A stretch of 64,000 nt of DNA, taken from the NCBI GenBank assembly GCA_963805625.1, contig CAWDVE010000010.1, forward strand, positions 1,408,001-1,472,000. The letters run 5' to 3'. This DNA comes from an uncultured Candidatus Rokubacteria bacterium. GTDB lineage: Bacteria; Methylomirabilota; Methylomirabilia; Rokubacteriales; DASRDR01. The translations under genes were made by a program, and so were the position numbers. The notes beneath the pieces are model-generated. The model had not been told where the DNA came from. It ran no database searches and worked only from the letters and a program-made list of their open reading frames with translations. This document shows positions 59,621-64,000 of the stretch, one piece after another (position 1 is the first letter of the stretch; every line of letters starts with the position of its first letter).

Positions 59621-60576
59621 GAGGCTCCGTAGAGATGGCACGCGACCGCGTGACCGGAAGCGAGGTCGTGGAGCACGGGCATCCTCTCGTCGCAGACCGC
59701 CATGCGCTTCGGGCACCGGTCCCGGAAGGGGCAGGCGGTCGGTGGCGCCGCAAGCACCGGCATCAGCCCCTCGAGCCGGGCACTCGCCTCCGCGCGAACG
59801 TCGGCCCGCAGCACCTGGGTCAGGAGGCCCTGCGTGTAAGGATGCGCGGGCGCCCGGAAGAGCTCCCGGGTCGGCGCCGACTCCACGAGGCAGCCGGCGT
59901 ACATCACCGCGACCCTGTGAGCCAGGTGCGCGACCACCCCGAGATCGTGGGTGACGAAGAGCGTCGCAGCGCGGTGCTCCGCCTGGAGCTCCTCGAGGAG
60001 CCGCAGGATCTGGGCCTGGGTGGTGACGTCGAGCGCCGTCGTCGGCTCGTCCGCGATAACGAGCGTGGGCTCGCAGGAGAACGCCATCGCGATGAGGACG
60101 CGCTGCCGCATCCCTCCCGACAGCTCGTGGGGATAGCGCCGGAGCACGTCCGCCGGCTCGGGCAGGCCGAGGTGGCCGAGGAGCCGGATCATCTCGGCGT
60201 CGGCAGCTTCACGCGAGAGGCCTCGGTGGATCCGGAGCGCGTCCGTCGCCTGGAGCCCGATCCGGAACGCGGGGTTGAGCGCGGAGAGCGGATCCTGCGG
60301 AATGAGCGCGACCTCACCGCCGCGGAGGCGCCGCATCTCGGGCTCGGTGAGCGCGAAGAGGTCCCGGCCCCCGAGGCGGATCGCGCCGGCCTCCACGCGC
60401 CCGGGCCCGGGCAGGAGGCGCACCACGGCGCGCCCGACCGTCGACTTGCCGGCTCCCGACTCCCCCACGAGCCCGAGAACCTCGCCCGCCCCGAGCGTGA
60501 GGTCGACCGCCCACGTCGCGAGCCGCGCGCCGTAGCGGACGGTGAGCCCCTGGATCTCGAGGACTGGCGCGCTCAT
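59617..60576 (-). CDS. Oligopeptide/dipeptide ABC ATP-binding protein (OppD/DppD-like)
   Basis: GESGAGKS, LSGGMRQR, DEPTTALD, HPYT. Confidence 0.92.
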   Translation of the reverse strand: MSAPVLEIQGLTVRYGARLATWAVDLTLGAGEVLGLVGESGAGKSTVGRAVVRLLPGPGRVEAGAIRLGGRDLFALTEPEMRRLRGGEVALIPQDPLSALNPAFRIGLQATDALRIHRGLSREAADAEMIRLLGHLGLPEPADVLRRYPHELSGGMRQRVLIAMAFSCEPTLVIADEPTTALDVTTQAQILRLLEELQAEHRAATLFVTHDLGVVAHLAHRVAVMYAGCLVESAPTRELFRAPAHPYTQGLLTQVLRADVRAEASARLEGLMPVLAAPPTACPFRDRCPKRMAVCDERMPVLHDLASGHAVACHLYGAS

Positions 60577-60587
60577 CGAAGCCAGGC

Positions 60588-61412
60588 TCACGCGGTCGTC
60601 CGGAGCCGCGGGTCGAGGCGCTCCCGGAGCCCCTCTCCGAGCAGGTTGAAGCCCACCACCGCCACGATGAGAGCCAGCATGGGGACGCCCATGCCCCACC
60701 AGCTCACCATGAGGTAACCGCGCCCCTCGGCGATCATGGCGCCCCACGACGGGGTGGCCGCCTGGACGCCGAGCCCGACGAACGAGAGCAATGCCTCGAC
60801 GCCGACGGCGATGGCCATCTCGAGGGACACCAGCACGATGATCAGGGGGACGAGGTTTGGCAGGAGCTCCTCGGCCATCACGCGGAGCGGGCGGAGCCCG
60901 ATGGCGCGGGCCGCCTCGACGAACTCGCGCTCCCGGAGCGCCAGGACCTCGCCGCGGATCACGCGGGCGAAGCGCGTCCAATCGACGATCACGATCGCCA
61001 GGACCACCTTCCAGAGCCCGAGGCCGAGGACGGCCATGAGCGCGATTGCCAGGAGAACGGCGGGAATCGACATCCAGACGTCCACCACGCGCATCAGCGC
61101 CGTGTCGACGCGTCCGCGGACGTAGCCCGCGACGAGGGCCACCGGGACCCCGATCAGCGCCGAGATGACCGCGCTCGCCACGGCGACGACCACCGCGACG
61201 CGCGCGCCCCACAGAAGACGCGAGAGAATGTCGCGCCCGAGGCTGTCGGTGCCGAGCGGGTGCCGCCAGGCGCCCCCTGCCCAGACGGGCGGCTGGCGGA
61301 CCGAGACCAGGTCCTGCCGGTTCGGATCGTGTGGCGCGAGGGTGGGGCCGGCCACCGCAAGGAGGAGCAGGAGGAGCGCGATCGCGCCGCCCGCCCAGAG
61401 CTTCCCGTTCAT
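60588..61412 (-). CDS. Oligopeptide/dipeptide ABC permease (OppC/DppC-like)
   Basis: HPLGTDSLGRD, EFVEAARAIG, LSFVGLG..PSWG. Confidence 0.92.
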   Translation of the reverse strand: MNGKLWAGGAIALLLLLLAVAGPTLAPHDPNRQDLVSVRQPPVWAGGAWRHPLGTDSLGRDILSRLLWGARVAVVVAVASAVISALIGVPVALVAGYVRGRVDTALMRVVDVWMSIPAVLLAIALMAVLGLGLWKVVLAIVIVDWTRFARVIRGEVLALREREFVEAARAIGLRPLRVMAEELLPNLVPLIIVLVSLEMAIAVGVEALLSFVGLGVQAATPSWGAMIAEGRGYLMVSWWGMGVPMLALIVAVVGFNLLGEGLRERLDPRLRTTA

Positions 61413-61420
61413 GCCCGCTC

Positions 61421-62431
61421 TCACTGGGCCAGGCGAACGCGGGGGTTCAGGAACACGTACGCCACGTCGACCGCCAGGTTGGAGAGGATGACCGTCACCG
61501 CGTAGACGAGCACGATCCCCTGGATCAGGGGGAAATCCCGGTACTGGAACGCCTGGAGCGTGAGCTGCCCGATGCCAGGCCAAGCGAAGATCGTCTCGAT
61601 CAGCACCGTCCCGCCGATGAGGAAGCCGAACTGGACCCCGACCAGCGTGGTCGTCGGTATGAGCGCGTTCCGCAGCGCTCGCCAGAACAGGATCCGGGCC
61701 TCGCCGAGCCCCTTCATCCGCTCCGTGACGACGTACTCCTCGCCCAGCGCGCTGAGCAGATCCGAGCGGATCGTGCGGAACACGGCCGCGAGGAGCGGCA
61801 GCGCCAGCGCGCTCGCCGGAAGGATCAGGTGGGCGAGGACGGAGCCGAGCGCGGCGGCGTCGCGCCGCAGCAGGACGTCGACGACGGCCGAGCCTGTCAC
61901 CTCCGCCGCCTCGTACTCGGGGGCGATCCGGCCCGAGACAGGCAGCAGCTGGAGGATGGCGCCGAAGACGACGATGAGCAGGAGTCCCCACACGAAGTTT
62001 GGCACGGCGATGCCGAGCATCCCCAGCGACACCGAGCCCGACTCGAGCCAGCTCCGCCGCCGCCACACGGAGCAGGCACCGAGCAGGATGCCGCCTCCCG
62101 TGGCGAGCACGAGGGCGGTGACCGCCAGCTCGAGGGTCGCCGGCAGCCGCTCCAGGATCACGCGGAGCGCGTCCTGCTGGAGCCAGAGCGAGCGCCCAAA
62201 GTTCCCGCGACAGAGGCTCAGGAAGAAGGCGCCGTACTGCGCCCACCAGGATCCGGTCAGGCCGAACTCCCGCCGGACTCGCTCGAGGTCCTGCACCGTC
62301 GAGCCCACCGGCGCCATGAGGATGGCGGGATCGCCCGGCAGGATCCGCAGGATCGCGAACGCGAGCACGCTCACGCCCCAGAGCGAGAGAATCGCCAGGA
62401 GGAGACGGCTCAGCAGGAAGCGGAGGGACAT
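61421..62431 (-). CDS. Oligopeptide/dipeptide ABC permease (OppB/DppB-like)
   Basis: LPGDPA, RLPATLEL, HLILP, ETIFAWPGIG, NLAVDVAY..LNPR. Confidence 0.92.
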   Translation of the reverse strand: MSLRFLLSRLLLAILSLWGVSVLAFAILRILPGDPAILMAPVGSTVQDLERVRREFGLTGSWWAQYGAFFLSLCRGNFGRSLWLQQDALRVILERLPATLELAVTALVLATGGGILLGACSVWRRRSWLESGSVSLGMLGIAVPNFVWGLLLIVVFGAILQLLPVSGRIAPEYEAAEVTGSAVVDVLLRRDAAALGSVLAHLILPASALALPLLAAVFRTIRSDLLSALGEEYVVTERMKGLGEARILFWRALRNALIPTTTLVGVQFGFLIGGTVLIETIFAWPGIGQLTLQAFQYRDFPLIQGIVLVYAVTVILSNLAVDVAYVFLNPRVRLAQ

Positions 62432-62482
62432 GATCAGGGCCCGGGTCCGGGACTCGCCACGAGCATGTCGACGACTGGCCGG

Positions 62483-62511
62483 ACTCTAGCGCAGCTCGAC
62501 GCGGGCCGCAA
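62483..62511 (-). promoter_or_regulatory. Putative sigma70 promoter for opp/dpp genes
   Basis: TTGCGG-N17-TAGAGT on minus strand. Confidence 0.45.
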
Positions 62512-62528
62512 GGTGGGTTGTCAGCGCT

Positions 62529-63806
62529 GTGGGAGCCAGCATACCTTCAGTGCCGGTGCCTACCGAGCCCCTGCCCGTCTACGCGGTCGTTCCCTTCGCG
62601 GCGATGCTCCTCGCGATCGCCGTCTGCCCCCTCTGGATCCCCCACTGGTGGGAGTCGAATCGGAACAAGCTCGTCCTCGCAGTTGTGCTAGGCCTTCCCG
62701 TGGTGGGGTTCTACGCCGCACGCCATCCGCACGTGCTCCTCGAGACGGCCGAGGAGTACGTGTCATTCATACTGCTGCTGGCGGCGCTCTATGTCATCGC
62801 CGGCGGGATTCGCCTGACCGGCGACCTGGAGGCAACGCCCCTCGTCAACACGACCTTCCTGGCCACCGGCAGCCTCCTCGCGTCCTTCCTCGGCACCACC
62901 GGGGCGTCGATGCTCCTGATCCGTCCGGTTCTCCAGACCAACCGCCAGCGGACGCGCATCACGCACACCGTCGTCTTCTTCATTTTCCTGGTCTCCAACA
63001 TCGGGGGGCTCCTGACCCCGCTCGGGGACCCGCCGCTCTTCCTCGGCTATCTCGAGGGCGTCCCCTTCACCTGGACCTTCCGCCTCCTGCCGCACTGGGT
63101 GTTCACCGTGGCGGTCCTGCTACTGGCGTACTTCGTTTGGGACTCGGTCGCGTACGGGTGGGAGCCGGCCCAGGCCCTCGTCCGCGACGAAGCGCAGCAG
63201 CGCCCCCTGCGACTCGAGGGGACCCTCAACTTCGTTTGGCTCGCGGGCGTGCTGCTCGGCGTGGCTTTCCTTCGCGCCCCCTGGCGGGAGGCGCTGATCC
63301 TGGCTCTCACGGGACTCTCGCTCTGGCAGACGCCGCGAGAGGTGCATCGCGCCAACGAGTTCACGCCTCACCCGATGATCGAGGTTGCCGTGCTCTTCTT
63401 CGGGATCTTCCTCACGATGATCCCCGCGCTCGAGCTCTTGCGGATGCGGGGAGGCGAGCTAGGCGTGCGTGAGCCCTGGCAGTTCTTCTGGGCCACCGGC
63501 GCGCTCTCCTCGTTCCTCGACAACGCGCCGACCTACCTCACCTTCCTCGCGCTGGGCCAAGGGCTCCACCTGACCGACGAGGTCGTGAGAGTGCCCCACA
63601 CGATCCTGGCGGCGATCAGCGTCGGCGCCGTGTTCATGGGCGCGAACACCTACATCGGGAACGCCCCCAACTTCATGGTCAAGGCGATCGCCGAGGCCGC
63701 CCGGGTGCGGATGCCGTCCTTCTTCGGCTACATGGTCTACAGCGCAGGCATTCTCCTGCCCGTGTTCGCCGCCGTCACCTGGCTGTTCTTCCGAACCGCG
63801 CCCTGA
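62529..63806 (+). CDS. Putative Na+/H+ antiporter (IT superfamily)
   Basis: GTTGASM, LTPLGDPPLFLG, LSSFLDNAPTY, YIGNAPNFMVK; start may be about 62556. Confidence 0.85.
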   Translation: MGASIPSVPVPTEPLPVYAVVPFAAMLLAIAVCPLWIPHWWESNRNKLVLAVVLGLPVVGFYAARHPHVLLETAEEYVSFILLLAALYVIAGGIRLTGDLEATPLVNTTFLATGSLLASFLGTTGASMLLIRPVLQTNRQRTRITHTVVFFIFLVSNIGGLLTPLGDPPLFLGYLEGVPFTWTFRLLPHWVFTVAVLLLAYFVWDSVAYGWEPAQALVRDEAQQRPLRLEGTLNFVWLAGVLLGVAFLRAPWREALILALTGLSLWQTPREVHRANEFTPHPMIEVAVLFFGIFLTMIPALELLRMRGGELGVREPWQFFWATGALSSFLDNAPTYLTFLALGQGLHLTDEVVRVPHTILAAISVGAVFMGANTYIGNAPNFMVKAIAEAARVRMPSFFGYMVYSAGILLPVFAAVTWLFFRTAP

Positions 63807-64000
63807 CTGGAAGGTAGCTCCCGGACTCAGGTGGGGACGGAGCGAGGGCAGAGGCTGTCCCCACGCCCCGCCGACGACCGCCCATCGCGTCCGCGCCTCC
63901 ACGAGCGAGGAGCCGTCCGGACATCCGGGCGGTAGAACCGGGAACGAACCAGTCGAGGCCGGGGGCAGGATACCCTCGCACTGGGCCGGCCACCGGAACC

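Noticed and set aside
63807-64000. 3' end of a convergent gene at the window edge
   Set aside because: No frame gives a recognisable protein motif.

Overview
GC-rich bacterial chromosomal window; gene content and multi-GAF kinase style suggest Candidatus Rokubacteria/Methylomirabilota (inference). Bases 1-27 kb are a minus-strand housekeeping superoperon: rplM-rpsI-argJ-rpsB-tsf-pyrH-frr-uppS-cdsA-dxr-rseP-ferredoxin-proS-rimP-nusA-ylxR-infB-DUF503-rbfA-nrnA-truB-ribF-rpsO-pnp-M16 peptidase-purB-purS-purQ-purL. Bases 27-35.7 kb and 45.8-52.2 kb are a minus-strand metabolic run: paaK-like ligase, VOC, MmgE/PrpD, ADP-forming acyl-CoA ligase, SsuA/TauA-type ABC system, a nitrilase-fold protein lacking the catalytic Cys, malic enzyme, aminotransferase and nth. 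This run is interrupted by a ~10 kb decayed tyrosine-integrase island (35679-45870) inserted into the last codons of the ABC substrate-binding gene. The island duplicates and rewrites that gene's 3' end and is bracketed by CGCAACC-N4-CGCAACC repeats. It carries a zinc-ribbon/5xGAF histidine kinase, a truncated adenylate cyclase, a large GT-C/discoidin membrane protein and several gene remnants. Bases 52.6-64 kb hold trxA, dadA-like, a probably leaderless alkB-like gene, cupin, enoyl-CoA hydratase, SDR, TPR, an opp/dpp BCDF set without a binding protein and an antiporter. No rRNA, tRNA or CRISPR array was seen.
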